From contig OX597832.1 of the NCBI GenBank assembly GCA_951406725.2, positions 63,488,001-63,552,000 of the forward strand: DNA of 64,000 nucleotides, written 5' to 3'. A model generated the notes under the pieces. The model made no database searches and was not told the origin of the DNA. It saw nothing but the letters and a program-made list of their open reading frames with translations. Position 1 is the stretch's first letter. Every line of letters starts with the position of its first letter. The DNA comes from Octopus vulgaris (lineage: Eukaryota). This document shows positions 40,674-53,287 of this stretch, in pieces. A program made the position numbers and the translations under genes.

Positions 40674-41488
40674 TGGAGGTACACGTGTTGTAGGTATGTC
40701 GCTGAATTGGGACTAAAGTGATGTAATTGTTTTTGTTTCGATGCAATGGCATTCTTTCGATATAACTCGACAAAATCAAAACATTTCACTTCGGGTATAT
40801 CCGTGGGTTGTGGAGTATAGCTCGCAACGTGTACGCTTTTCTCCAAGGAAATTAAGAAGGTTAATATAGCAATGCATATATGTAGTAAATATATTAAGTA
40901 TATCGACCTACACACTTGCCTCTGGCAGTGTTTCATAACAGTACCAAGCAACAACAACAGACATTCTTGGCAACTTTGCTGCTGCTAAAGAAATAATGTC
41001 CAACAATAATTCTTTCTACCTTAGGTACAGGGCCTGAAACTTACGGTCGATTACAGTGACTCCCAGAGTTCAACTGGTACTTATTTAACTGACTCCGAAA
41101 GGATGAAAGGCAAAGTCGACCTCAGCGGAATCTCAACGCAGAACGTTGAAGACGAACAAAATGCCATTAAGCATTTTTTGTCCGGTGTGCGAAGGGTTCG
41201 GCCAGCTTTAAATAATAACAATAATAAAAGTGAACGTAGTAATTATTCTTCGTTGTCTGACGAAGGACACAGCACTAAATGTTAGTTTAATTATGTAGTT
41301 AGATGATAAGAAACTACTTATAAAAGTACAGAAGACATCGGGAACAGCCAAGGATGAGAAACGCACCCAAGTCACTTGACGCATTTAAAAGTTAACTTTT
41401 AAAATATGTCATAGATCAGCAAAGAAATAAGTTCAAAGAAGAAACCCTTTAGTCTAATCTAATAATGAAAAAAGTTAACATTGCAAAC

Positions 41489-41734
41489 CTTTTTATGTTG
41501 ATTATCGATCCGCCGTTTGCCTCCCCCCTCCAAAGCTTTCGCCCGGGTATTTTCAATTCTTTTCTTCACATTAATAGTTTGCATTGCCGTTGAAGACGCA
41601 TCTGCATAATTTCTACCGGGTATTCTCAGTAAATTAGAAGTTACACCTATGTGTTTATTAACAGCCCGTGTCCTTGACCACATGGCTGTCAGATCCAAAC
41701 CACTCAGCAATAACTTTGCCATAGAAGACGACAT
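41489..41734 (-). CDS. PCCB: Propionyl-CoA carboxylase beta chain, coding exon 1 (mitochondrial presequence plus start of mature chain)
   Basis: Translates ...INVKKRIENTRAKALEGGGKRRIDNQHKK, matching the PCCB N-terminus. Donor AAG|gtttgc at 41488. In-frame ATGs at 41734, 41722 and 41683 (gccATG), so the true start is uncertain. Confidence 0.9.
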
Positions 41735-42248
41735 GTTCCTCAATAACGAGCAGCGTGTTGTGCTTTGATAGTCATTCAGAGCTTAATATTATCTGTTGAT
41801 TAAAAAAAAAAGTATTAGCATTTCTAAAACATAAGAATAATCACTACAATATATTCAAAAATTATTTTTTAATATTTTAAACATATTTTCTACAAACATA
41901 TCTCTCTCTTTTTTATATTTCATAAATATCTGATGATTGTTTTCGTATAAGTTAATTACATTGACCAGCAATATTCATTGCGAGCCACTGGTTAAGCGGA
42001 GTAGTTTGTTCGTTTATATATAAGCACACGTACATATAAGATTTCTAAAACGTAATAAACAATCGTCATAACATAATCAAAAATTATTTTTCCATATTTT
42101 AAAATTATTTCTTGTCTTATTACGTTTTTTTATATCTATATATAAATATCTAATGATTGTCTTATCATACGTTAATTACATTGGACAGTAATATTCAGTG
42201 CGGACCATTGATTCAGCTAGGTTAGGGTGTTCGTTCACAAAAAGCTTT
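41735..42248. promoter_or_regulatory. Putative bidirectional promoter shared by PCCB and ALG9
   Basis: Divergent first coding exons about 515 bp apart; flanks visibly richer in CpG than the gene bodies. Confidence 0.7.
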
Positions 42249-42334
42249 ATGGGTGCCACAAATAGACGAAGAGGCGGCGACCAAAGGAAACGTGTTGTCG
42301 AGGCTACATCTAACGTACGACAAAATAACATCAA
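42249..42334 (+). CDS. ALG9: ALG9 alpha-1,2-mannosyltransferase, probable coding exon 1
   Basis: An ATG opens MGATNRRRGGDQRKRVVEATSNVRQNNI(K), a basic N-terminus like other ALG9 proteins. Donor AA|gtaagc is phase 2 and matches the exon 2 acceptor phase. Confidence 0.78.
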
Positions 42335-42516
42335 GTAAGCATAAAATGCATTATATACCATTCTTATATTATCAAGCACCGTCAAAAAAGAAAGGACATT
42401 TCTTTTGCAAGAACAACAATTTTTCAAAGATAATCATAATTTATTTCTGTTGATCGTCTGCTACATACATATATACATGTTGCAGTTATACACACATCAT
42501 GCTTATATACATACAT

Positions 42517-42573
<57 letters not shown>

Positions 42574-44641
42574 CCACTGGCAGTAAAAATACATTATTAT
42601 GTATTGTACATACATACATACATACACAATGCTGTCTTAAGGTATGAGCATACTTGTCAGTTAACGCGAGGGCCTCGCGGGTCTAGGGACCTAATTATGA
42701 TCGACGTATATAAATAAATACTATAGGGTCCACAGCATTGATTTGCCCGGTGGCAAATGTTGCTAAAACACCCCGAAATGTACGTGTGTGTGTGTTTTAC
42801 TTGTTTCTTGCGGCTATTCAGTCTAGTCGACTCCAGTACTTATTCTGTCGGTCCCGTTTGCCAAATCGCTAAGTTGCAGGAACGTAAACAAACCAACACC
42901 GGTTGTGAAGCGCTGGTGGGGAACAAACACGAAGACGCATACGCGCGCTCGCGCATATCCGTGATAAGCTTCTTTCAGTTTCTGTCTACCAAATCCACTC
43001 ACAAGGCTTTGGTCGACCCGGGGCTATAGTAGAAGACGTTTGCCCAAGGATCACATGGATGGGAATTAAGCTCCTTATCATACAGTCACATCTACGCCTT
43101 GTCTTCTAGTGAACCTCATGTTACGCGCCTTACGGTTATTTCAAATGTGTTCATCGTAGGCATTTAACAAGAAATTACCAATAAATCGATAACTAACTGA
43201 TGTCAAGAACAAAAGTTCATGTGACTAACATTATTATGTATTACATGCTGTCAAGAATTTAAGATCACCCTTCCGAAAGCGAATTCAAAACTCGTCATGA
43301 GCTTACAGTAAGGAATGTGCACGAAGTCGCTAACCTCGGCCTACTGGAAATACCAGTCAAATCATGCCCTAAATTATTTAAAAGAAGGACATTTTGAATA
43401 ATGTAATTCGAGATCTGCTATGTCTGAAAAGAAAAAAAAATCAGGTCACACTGAAACATCTTTGACCCTCGGTGTCCTGGATCGAGATTCACCTGGATCA
43501 CAACCTGTTGTGCTCGACGTTGCCGTTTATTCTTCATAAAGCGACGTCCTTGAATAAGTACCTGTTATATACTGTGCCATTTATACTCATTCCCTGAAAA
43601 ATATAACAAACATTAGACATACCCACCAGTGGACGAAAGGCTTGTTTGTTTACTTTGAGCGTTAGAAAGGGGTTGAGATAAATGTTGTTCAATAGAGGAG
43701 GGGTCAGTGACTAAGTCGCAGGGGTACAATGAGAAAGGTTTTCATAAGTAAATAATGAAAAAAATTAAAAGATGTTAATACTAAATCTTTGCATTTTGTT
43801 GTTTAGTTGCAGGTTAGGTCGAGCCCTGATCTGCAACCATGATGATCCAGTCTGTTTTTATATATTTTAACAAGCTGGTATATTAAGGACTTCATCATGC
43901 AGAGAATTAATCAGTAGTTTTGCTGCAACGGTGATTTATCAGAAATTTGGCTGTTATATCTAGCAAGTCGATCGATCGATTTGTGCAGTCATGGACTTGC
44001 CCAATAGCACACCTAAACGAAAAGTTACCTTGAATGTTTTCTAGTAGTGCGGCCCGGTTAATGATGAGGCATTTCGCATGCGGCCTGCTTCCCGTAAAGT
44101 TTGCCCACACCTGGATTAGAGTCTTTCTCCTAGTTTATTAGCCTAGGTCAGCTCCGATCGTGCAAAGCTATATCCAAAGGCGATCCAGCTGTGACCTTCA
44201 CTCCTTTTATATATGTTCAAACCTAGTGTGTGTAAGACTTTAATATTCAACGTGTCATAAAAGCAACAGTAAGTTGCTGTCGGCATATCTACAGCAGCCG
44301 CGCAGAATCATTCTTCGTTTAATTATTGTTAAAGGTGACTCTTCCAAACACTCAGAGCCAGATTAAATTTTTCTAAACCTCTAAACTACAATTGCTGTGA
44401 AGCCCTTGATGATTATTGTCAGTAACTTTTCATTTAAACTCTGGAAGCGCTAAATATTTTATTAAGGTTTTTTTTTTATGGTCCTTTAATTTTTTCAGGC
44501 ATAACGCATCTAGAACTACATTTGTTAAATGTGTACTTCATTTCCATAAACCAGTAGAATGTTATTTTAATGAAATATAGTTAATATTATTTGAACCTGG
44601 GTAAAAATGAAATTCTTGGCGGTAATAAGGACTCATTAGAC

Positions 44642-44839
44642 CAGTGGTTTTCAACCAGGGTTCCGCCAGTACAGTCCAGGGGTTCCGCAAGATGTTACAA
44701 AAACTGCTAAAATCGGTTGTAATTTTTAATTCTCCTGTGCAGATATGTGTGCATAAGAGAAATTATTGCACAAGTGTTCCTCGAGCCAGTGTAATGTTAC
44801 CTTGGGGTTCCGCTCCAGCAAAAAGTTTGAAAAGCACTG
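44642..44839. mobile_element. hAT-type MITE with perfect 8-bp TSD
   Basis: TIRs CAGTGGTTTTCAA / TTGAAAAGCACTG; TSD cattagac at 44634-44641 and 44840-44847. Confidence 0.9.
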
Positions 44840-47800
44840 CATTAGACGTAAGTAAAATTATATAAAAAGAAAAAAAGTGGGATCCCTGTTAAGACAATTT
44901 TTTTCTTCTGTCAATACCGCATCTGTCCAATGTAATGGACTTCTAAATAGATTTAATAAACCTTTTGAATTCAAAGAATCTATGATTTCCTTCCTTTCAA
45001 ATCAAAGGGGTAACGTCGGCGTAAATAAGTATAATAATAATAATGAAATTATTGTATACAGTGCTCAGGTGCACCACAACTTGTCAGAAAGTGCGTATAA
45101 AGTATATGCTCAGGTGCACCACAATATTTTGAGGTAATATGTTAAAAAGCTCCCCGGCCCCTGATTTAGACGGGTTTCACCCTGCTTCCTTCAGTTGTAT
45201 AGGTTTTGTAACAAATTCTTAAGGTATTCATTAAGTCACCTTCTGTTTTGTTTTTTGTGTATTGAATATTGAAGCAATACAATATCGATTAAACACCAAA
45301 TTGTTGTCTCCAGTACTTAACTGGTACTTTATTTTATCAAAACCGGAAGGATACATTCATAGTCTCCCCACCCCCACCCCCCATCAAGCAGGATTTAAAC
45401 TTAAATGATAAGGTCCATAACTAAATACCACAGGTCATTTTGCTCAGTTCTCCACTGGTTCGGCCTCTCACCACTCTCTTTATTGATGGGATTATTAAGC
45501 AGACGAATGAACACGTGTATAAAACAAATACAAATCTGCTCATTAAGACAGTAAAGATTGAATGGTTATCTGCCCCTGGTTTATTAATAACCCATTTCGG
45601 TTTTTATATTCCAAATGCTTTGATTTTTTAAAAACAGTAATTGGTTGTATGGTAAGAAATTCGTTTCCCAAACATACGGTTCCAGGATCAATCCCAATTC
45701 CTGACGCCTTAGGAAAGTGTCCTACCACAACTCTGAGCTGGCCAAAGTCTTGTTAGTGAATGTGGTAGATGGAAACTGAAAGAAGCCTGTGGTGTATATA
45801 TGTGTGTGTTTGCCCCCCGCTACTGTTTGACAACCGATTTTGGTTTGTTTAAGTTCCTATAAGCGTTTCAGTGTTAGGGCCAATTCTTTCGACTAACAAA
45901 CCCCTTCAAGATGGTCGCAGTCCAGTGACTGAAACAAGTAAAAGATCAAATGTCCACAGAATGCAACAAAAAAGAATAAGAAATGATAAAAAAAAAGTAA
46001 ATGAAATGAGAAATAAAAAGAAACACAAAGTTCCCTTAATAACTTGATTTTTGTCCTTGGGTAACAATTGTTGTTTCCTATTTGCTTACCCCTAGAAAGT
46101 ATGAAAAATGGCTAATATTTCCTTCAAACATAGCTTTTGTTACATTTATTCAAACCTCAAAGAATCCCTCTCAGAGCTTGGCTTTGATGCTCTTCCACTA
46201 CTCCTACTCAGAGATGCACGTATTGTCACCCATTAAGGGACATACTCAAGTGATTAAAGTCAAGCAACTGACAAGTAAATCTGTGGTATTGAGCAGAATA
46301 TTTACTATAATGGTATTTCTGTGAGCTGGCAGAATCGTTAGCATGCCAGGCAAAATGCTTAGCGGTATTTCGTCTGCCGTTACGTTCTGAGTTCAAATTC
46401 CGCCGAGGTCAACTTTGCCTTTCATCCTTTCGGGGTTGATAAATTAAGTACCAGTTACGCACTGGGGTTGATATAATCAACTTAATCCGTTTGTCTGTCC
46501 TTGTTTGTACCCTCTGTGGTTAGCCCCTTGTGGGTAGTAAAGAAATAGGTATTTCGTCTGCCGCTACATTCTGAGTTCAAATTCTGCCAAGGTCGACTTT
46601 GTCTTTCATCCTTTCGGGTTCGATTAAATAAGTACCAATTATGGGTCGATGTAATCAACTTAATCCCTTTGTCTGTCCTTGTTTGTCCCCTCTATGTTTA
46701 ATACACCCCCACCCCACCCCTGGGCAATAAAGAAATAGATATTTCTGCTTCAGCAACACAGCATTGAATCTGTCTGAAATGTAATGGAAAATAAATCAGT
46801 TTCAAAATATTGATGTCCAGGTGACAAAAGCAAAGTTTGAAGGGAATAGTAGTCATTTCCTTTGATTTCTAGATGGAAACAAATAGGAAACAACACTTAC
46901 TAACCAGAGACAAAAGAAAAAACAATTGTTACACAGTGTGACACAGCTTTAAGGGATATTCAGACAACCTACAAAATATTATTGATGTAACTCAAAGCAT
47001 TTTCATTAATATCACAGGTGATCATCTTAAAGCTGGGGTACTGGTACAGCCTAGTGTCCTCATAAGATGGTGCTTATGAACCTCACAGCCTCACAAGCAC
47101 CACAGATAAGATATTATGGTATAGTGAGTCCGCGATGGTTGTATACCTTTGCTGTGAACATAATACAGTTTCAGTGATAGATTACTAACTGATAATTTCA
47201 CATATGATTATCCAGTACCCTACCAACTTGGCTGTCTTTGCTCTCCATAAACTAGACTGCAGCATGACATATCTGAGATGTTGAAACTGTACGTTGCTCT
47301 CAAGAATGTAGTCCAACCATGGCCAACCTTTCTCAAGAAACAAGTGCCCTATTAAAAAAGTTCAAGTAATTTTTCATTTAGACATGCCCTTCAGAAAGGG
47401 CCACAGGTTGCCCATGACTGAGTCAGTACTCGTAACACCTTGCACAACTGATCCCATAACAAGAAAACATTAAATCTTACATGTGGTCATTTGACCTGCT
47501 AGAAATAGAAGTCAAATCTCCCTCATATTACATTCACCATTATGTGTTAAATCTAGATAATGTAGTCCTAGATACATTATTCCTGGAGAAAGATGGCATG
47601 GTCCTCGCTTGATCAGATCTTACCCAGGGCTAAACAGCCATAACAACTTTGTCTTGAAATGATAAAAGGTTTTCCAAATGTAATTGGGTTTACATTTTTT
47701 TTTTTCTTATTTTCTGTTTGTCTTTTAATTCCTTTATTTTGTTTTATCTCACTAGGGTCATTATGCCAATAACAAACACACACACAATGACCCTTGCTGA

Positions 47801-47859
47801 AATACAACAAAATAAGTTTCATCACCCCAATTCACATCAAGAATCTTGCAAACCAAGTA

Positions 47860-48195
47860 TCCATCCATCTGTGTATCTTCTTTACCCATTATACCTGGGT
47901 GAATTGTTGGATAGAGTCCTCAGACACCTCCTCCATGGGGTTCCAGTCAGAAACAACCATCATTACAATTTCCAAGCTGGATTCCCTAGCATGACCAACT
48001 GACACTATGGATATTATCAAACCACCTTGCTCTTGGTCTACCCTTAGGTCTCCTGCCAGTTCACTTGGCTTAAAGAATCTATCTTGCAGTCCTTTTCTGA
48101 ACCATTCTAACCATACGACCATAGTAACCAAGCTGTGACCCCTTAATGTGGAGAAATAGTGGCTTGACCTGAGGAAACTCCTGGATCTCCACACT
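47860..48195 (-). mobile_element. RTE LINE 3' remnant just upstream of ALG9 exon 2
   Basis: Decayed RM.QERIARQILQAK.TGRRPKGRPRARW-type C-terminus. Confidence 0.55.
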
Positions 48196-48225
48196 AAAAT
48201 GAAATAATTTCTTAATTCTTTTCAG

Positions 48226-48373
48226 AAATAATGATGTGGTCAGTATTCCACAAGATGAGCCCTGGACTCCAGGAAGCTATGCTGCTTTCAAAATACTGAT
48301 GTCTGCACGCTTATGTGCTGCCCTGTGGACTGGAATTTCTGATTGTGATGAGACATACAATTACTGGGAACCT
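48226..48373 (+). CDS. ALG9: ALG9 exon 2
   Basis: tttcag|..PWTPGSYAAFKILMSARLCAALWTGISDCDETYNYWEP|gtaagt; GT22 family ISDCDETxNYWEP motif. Confidence 0.97.
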
Positions 48374-48770
48374 GTAAGTATGAATTATCTTTTCCTAACT
48401 GTTTCTTCAATTTCTTTTTCACCTTTTTGTACCTTGAAAATACTTGCTAATACTCTATCTCCACCATCCTTTCTCCCTTTTCTTCTTGGGTAGTCATGTA
48501 TCTCCTCTACAGCAAGACTCCTTTTCTTGTTCCTCTATCATACTTTAGCCTGTAAACACAACGCCACCTCTCTCAATACTGTACCCCACTCTGTTGAGGG
48601 ACATCTTGTCATGCAGGTTGTTTGGCAACTTTACCAGGGTCAGTGCCATACAAAAATGTACTTGATATGTTTTCTGAAGTGGCTGGCATTAGGAATATCT
48701 CACCATAAAGACCATGCCAAAGCAGACATTGGAACTCAACACAGTTCTCTTCCTCATATATATATATATA

Positions 48771-49151
48771 GTATTTTTATATAAGCTTAAAGCTTATGCA
48801 GGGACTAAGGAAAATCGTCTAATAAAGGGGCATATAAGCCCTCGACAAAAAAAGAAGGCTTTCCTATCCACGTGGGACTTGAACCCACATCCCTTTGTTA
48901 ACACAACAGAAACGGGGAGGCTAATTCACTGGTATAAAGGTAATACACTTAGCTGCGTTAACAAAGGGATGTGGGTTCGAGTCCCATATAGATAGGAAAG
49001 CCTTCTTTTTTCTGTTGAGGGCTTATATGCCCCTTTATTAGACTATTTTCTTTAGTCACCATAAGCTTTAAGCTTATATAAAAATACCATTATTACTATT
49101 TACAGGATTGTAAAAACGGTGCCTTATAAAAAACCATTTGCACCGAAAGCA
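48771..49151 (+). mobile_element. Fold-back element with tRNA-like segment, inserted in a (TA)n tract
   Basis: About 130 bp inverted arms (48771-48902 and 48957-49087). A-box-like TGGTATAAAGG and B-box GGTTCGAGTCC. The 3' extension ends GGTGC..GCACC GAAAGC. Confidence 0.7.
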
Positions 49152-49702
49152 TATATATATATATTAAACATACATTGTGTCTGTGGCCAGTAACTTTGTG
49201 GCACCTCGTCATAACCATCTTTGTCTCTCTTTCAACTACTCTCACTGCCGTTTGCTTAATCTGGGGAAGCCATGTATCTTCCCCAATATTAAGACACCCA
49301 TGCTTACCCCTCTCTTTTACTTTCGCTTCCAGCACCTCACTTAAAGCCACCACCCTCACTCAAACACACTCCTACTCAGTTGAGAGCAAGCTGCTTGGTG
49401 ACCTCACTTGTGCTTGTGTAACAAAAAAAAAGGCACCCAGTACACACTGTAAAGTGGTTGGCATTAAGAAGGGTTTCCAGCCATGGAAACCATGCAAATG
49501 CTGATATTGAGGCCTGGTGCAGCTCTCTGGCCTTCTCAAACCCTCTTGATATGTTCAATGCATTCCAGCATGGAAAACAGACATTGCATGATGGTGATGA
49601 TGATGGTGGTGGTGGTGGTGGTGGTACCACCACCACTGCCATTCAGATCTACCCATTCTTCAGTTTATCTCTTATTTTCTTTTTATTTTCCTTTCTTTTC
49701 AG

Positions 49703-49834
49703 ACTCACTACTTATTGTTTAACAAAGGTTTCCAAACATGGGAATACTCTCCATCTTATGCCATTCGTTCCTATGCTTATTTGACACTACATGCTTTTCC
49801 AATGAAAATCTATGCTTTTATCAATGTAAATAAG
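49703..49834 (+). CDS. ALG9: ALG9 exon 3
   Basis: tttcag|THYLLFNKGFQTWEYSPSYAIRSYAY...NVNK|gtaagg; 132 nt. Confidence 0.97.
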
Positions 49835-50786
49835 GTAAGGAATTCAAATAATTGTGCTCTATTTATCTATCTATCTATCTCTCCCTCCCTCATATAAAAT
49901 TAACAACTCTTGAAATCTAACCAAGTATTAAAGTAAGATGGCCATGAACCAAATAGAATAGCTTACCACTAAATGTTTACAAGCTATGAGTTCAAATCTA
50001 ACTCAAATTATTTTGTTGTCATTTTCTGAGAAAAACACTTATCAAGGGTAGTTAACTTGTTAATTTTAACTACCCTGGAATGTTAGAAACTGCCCTGGTA
50101 CTAAGTCAGTTTTAGTAGGAACTAGCTTAAAAGCCACACTTCATGCAGACTTTTAAGCTAAGCTAGCTCCTGCAGAGGGTTAATTGGGCCTTGCAGCCCA
50201 AAACTAAAATGTGGTAAATAGCATAACTATATAATATATCTATGATGACTATATATCCTGGTGGTGTTTGATCAAAGATTAAGGATGGATGAGAATTAAT
50301 TCTATAATGCAATCATTCTTTTGTTCCAGTCCCAAGTTGAATTCTAGTTGTTGGCCAATTTGTCCCAAAGTACTTACCTTAACGTAAAATTAACAAAGCG
50401 AATGTCATTTATTTCCCCCTAGATCTCTAACGTCATCTGACAAATGCCAACCAAGATGGCGTAAAAAGGCCAAGCTTTACCTGCTAGAAAAAGCAGCCCA
50501 AATGCTTTTATATCAGATCCCAATACTAGATATTCAAGAACCAAATAAAAGACAGATCTTGAATCGTAGGATCATCCTGATTCCAAAAAGCTGTAATATG
50601 TCTATGTAGAGCAAAAGTAGACTGAGGACAGACAGATAGAATTTCACTTTTATTATTATAGCTGAGTCGAACTCCTGAACTACCGAAAGGCTTTAAAATT
50701 AGATATAATCCAACAATTACTGGTCATATGCCTAAATCTGAAGCCATTATTAACAGCTTATATATTTTCTTTTCTTTTTTTTCCAG

Positions 50787-50857
50787 ATATTTTTATTTTA
50801 TTTCCTGAGATGTATCCTTGCCATTGCATGCTCTGTAACAGAGCTATATTTTTATAA
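50787..50857 (+). CDS. ALG9: ALG9 exon 4
   Basis: ttccag|IFLFYFLRCILAIACSVTELYFY(N)|gtaagt; 71 nt. Confidence 0.95.
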
Positions 50858-51367
50858 GTAAGTTTCTTTTCAATGCCTATGTCTTGCTACCATACAACAG
50901 TCCACTTTATCAAGTGTGAACTAAATAACTTAAAACAAACACACACACACACACACACTCTCTCTCTCTCTCTCTCTCTCTCTCACATGCTATGCCAAAT
51001 GAAACCCCTGTCATCCAACCAATGCCTATCTGAAAATCCTGAGTTGCAACTAAGTTAAAGGCACCACCTGCTCACCCACCCACTACCACACCCTAGACAG
51101 CTTGCCAGTCTGAGTTTAGCCTCAAGAACTCGTTTTCACCTGAGTGGAGCAACGTGAAATGAAATGCCCTGCTCAAGAACACAATGGACAACCTGTTTCA
51201 GGAATCAAAACACAGGCCTCCATAATCATGAACCCAGCACCTTAACAATTAGGACACAGCGCTATATCACATGTTGAACTTCACACACACACACATACAT
51301 ACATACACACACACACACATACACACACACATATATTAATATGTATGTTTCTTCTCTCTTCTTTCAG

Positions 51368-51530
51368 TGGAGTATGTAAGCTGTTTGGTGCCAAAATTGG
51401 ACGTTTGATGCTATGGTTTATGTTGTTTAGCACAGGGATGTTCATATCCTGTTCATCTTATCTTCCCAGCAGTTTCTCTATGTATCTTACTATGGTTGCT
51501 ATGGGAGCCTGGTATCAGAAGTCTTACCAT
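51368..51530 (+). CDS. ALG9: ALG9 exon 5
   Basis: tttcag|GVCKLFG...STGMFISCSSYLPSSFSMY...QKSYH|gtaagt; 163 nt. Confidence 0.96.
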
Positions 51531-52322
51531 GTAAGTATATAAAGAACAGTCCCAATTTCGATAAGTGTTGCCATCAAATTTATCTGGAAGCAAAATATAT
51601 TTCACCAGCTGAAAATACCAGACTGCCAACCTAAAAGTTTTAAGTTCAAATCCTTTGCAAGTATTTTATAATGTGTGGTACAATTCCCTCATGTCTCAGT
51701 TCAGCTTGATAGAATAGATGCCAGATTATTGGGGGGGGGCTTATTCAAGATAGGCGTGCGGCTTATTAAAGAAGATGTTTATCTCCCCCTCATCACCCTC
51801 ATCATCATTTGACAAACAAAAATCCTCACTTGTTTCCAGGTAAGGTAATGTTTCCCCATAGTTGGACTTGTCATAGCAGATTGAAAATGACACTAAATTG
51901 TAAGAAAATGAATCTAGTCTTATAAATATTACATGATGTCAAAATAATGAGACACAAGTACGCACACACATACACACACACACGCACATGCACACACACA
52001 TATACAGGCATGGCTGTATGGTTAAGTAGTTCACTTCTTAATCTCACAATTTTGGGTTCAATCCCACTGTATGGCACTTCCAGCAAGTGTCTTCTACTAC
52101 AGCTCCCAGGCCAAGCAAAGACTTATGAGTGAATTTGGTAGATGGAAACTGAAAGAAGCTCTGTGTATATATGTGTTTGTGCTTCCTTGTCTTGACATCA
52201 CAGGATAGTTACAAACAAGCATCATACAAGTGAAGTCCTTCGTTTCTTGCCATCCTCTGAAAACATGTCCCAGCATGGGAAAATACTACCTAGGTGAGGG
52301 TTGGCAACAAGGGTGATGTTCT

Positions 52323-52534
52323 TTTCAACTCTAGGTACAAGATCCGAAATTTTTGGGGAAGGGGCCAGTCAATTATATTGACATCAGTATGCAACTAGTA
52401 CTTAATTTATCGACCCCAAAAGGATGAAAAGCAAAGTCAACCTCAGCGGAATTTGAACTCAGAACATAGAGACATACAAAATACCGCTAAGCATTTCACC
52501 CAGCATGCTAACGTTTCTGCCAGCTCGCCACGTT
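52323..52534 (-). mobile_element. SINE family A copy nested in an older SINE, with 17-bp TSD
   Basis: aacaagggtgatgttct is duplicated at 52306-52322 and 52535-52551. Confidence 0.85.
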
Positions 52535-52731
52535 AACAAGGGTGATGTTCTGTCATAGAAAGCCTGCCTCAACAAATTCTCTCTGATCCATACAAGCAGG
52601 GAGAAGTGAATGTTGAAACAAAAATGATAGAACTTAGACCTTTACATGTTTCCATTGTTAATATAATTTGTTAAAATTATTTATGTTAATTCATGTTATT
52701 TATATAATTGTTTCTACTTTATTCACCACAG

Positions 52732-52793
52732 TTTGCTATTTTGTCTGTTGCTGCTAGTGCCTTCATTGGCTGGCCCTTTTCAGCAGTCCTTGG
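52732..52793 (+). CDS. ALG9: ALG9 exon 6
   Basis: ccacag|FAILSVAASAFIGWPFSAVL(G)|gtaaga; 62 nt; GWPF motif. Confidence 0.96.
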
Positions 52794-53046
52794 GTAAGAG
52801 CCTTTTTTTGTTTTGTAATTTATTAAAAACAGACATAAAAATGAATGAATGAATGTTTGTTATTTTAACGTATTTGCCAGCATATAAGACACACCCCTGT
52901 TTTACAAGTAATGTTTTGTGGAAAAACCAAATTCAGTGTTTTTTTTTTATCACACATTCATTGAAAGTTGTTTTAAAGTGGTTTTGTGACAGAAAATATG
53001 AAATCTCATGCATGTAAAGACATGCTGTGACAGTATATTTGAAAAA

Positions 53047-53287
53047 TATTGGGTTGGTGTATAATTATTGCAACTTTTTTTCAACAAAAACAATAATAAT
53101 ATTTAACAAAAACATCTTTAAATGACAGTCTGACCATCTGCCAAGCAAATGGGAAGCAGTAATTGAAGTAGATGGTTAATATGCTCCAGAATAATCATTT
53201 AAAGATGTTTTTGTTACATATTGTTATTGTGTTTGTTGAATAAAATCTGTTGAAAAAAAGCCGTAATAATTATGCACCAACCCAATA
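53047..53287 (+). mobile_element. Mariner-derived MITE
   Basis: TIRs TTGGGTTGGTGTATAATTATTGC / GCCGTAATAATTATGCACCAACCCAA with TA TSDs. Internal HLPSKWEAVIEVDG is a mariner C-terminus. Confidence 0.88.

Noticed and set aside
41930-42010. C/D box snoRNA starting at TGATGA
   Set aside because: No downstream CTGA D box or terminal stem, and the duplicate unit has TAATGA.
48819-48848. CTAATAA-GGGC/GCCC stem as a hammerhead within the palindrome arms
   Set aside because: Both arms lack the conserved core guanines and the GAAA.
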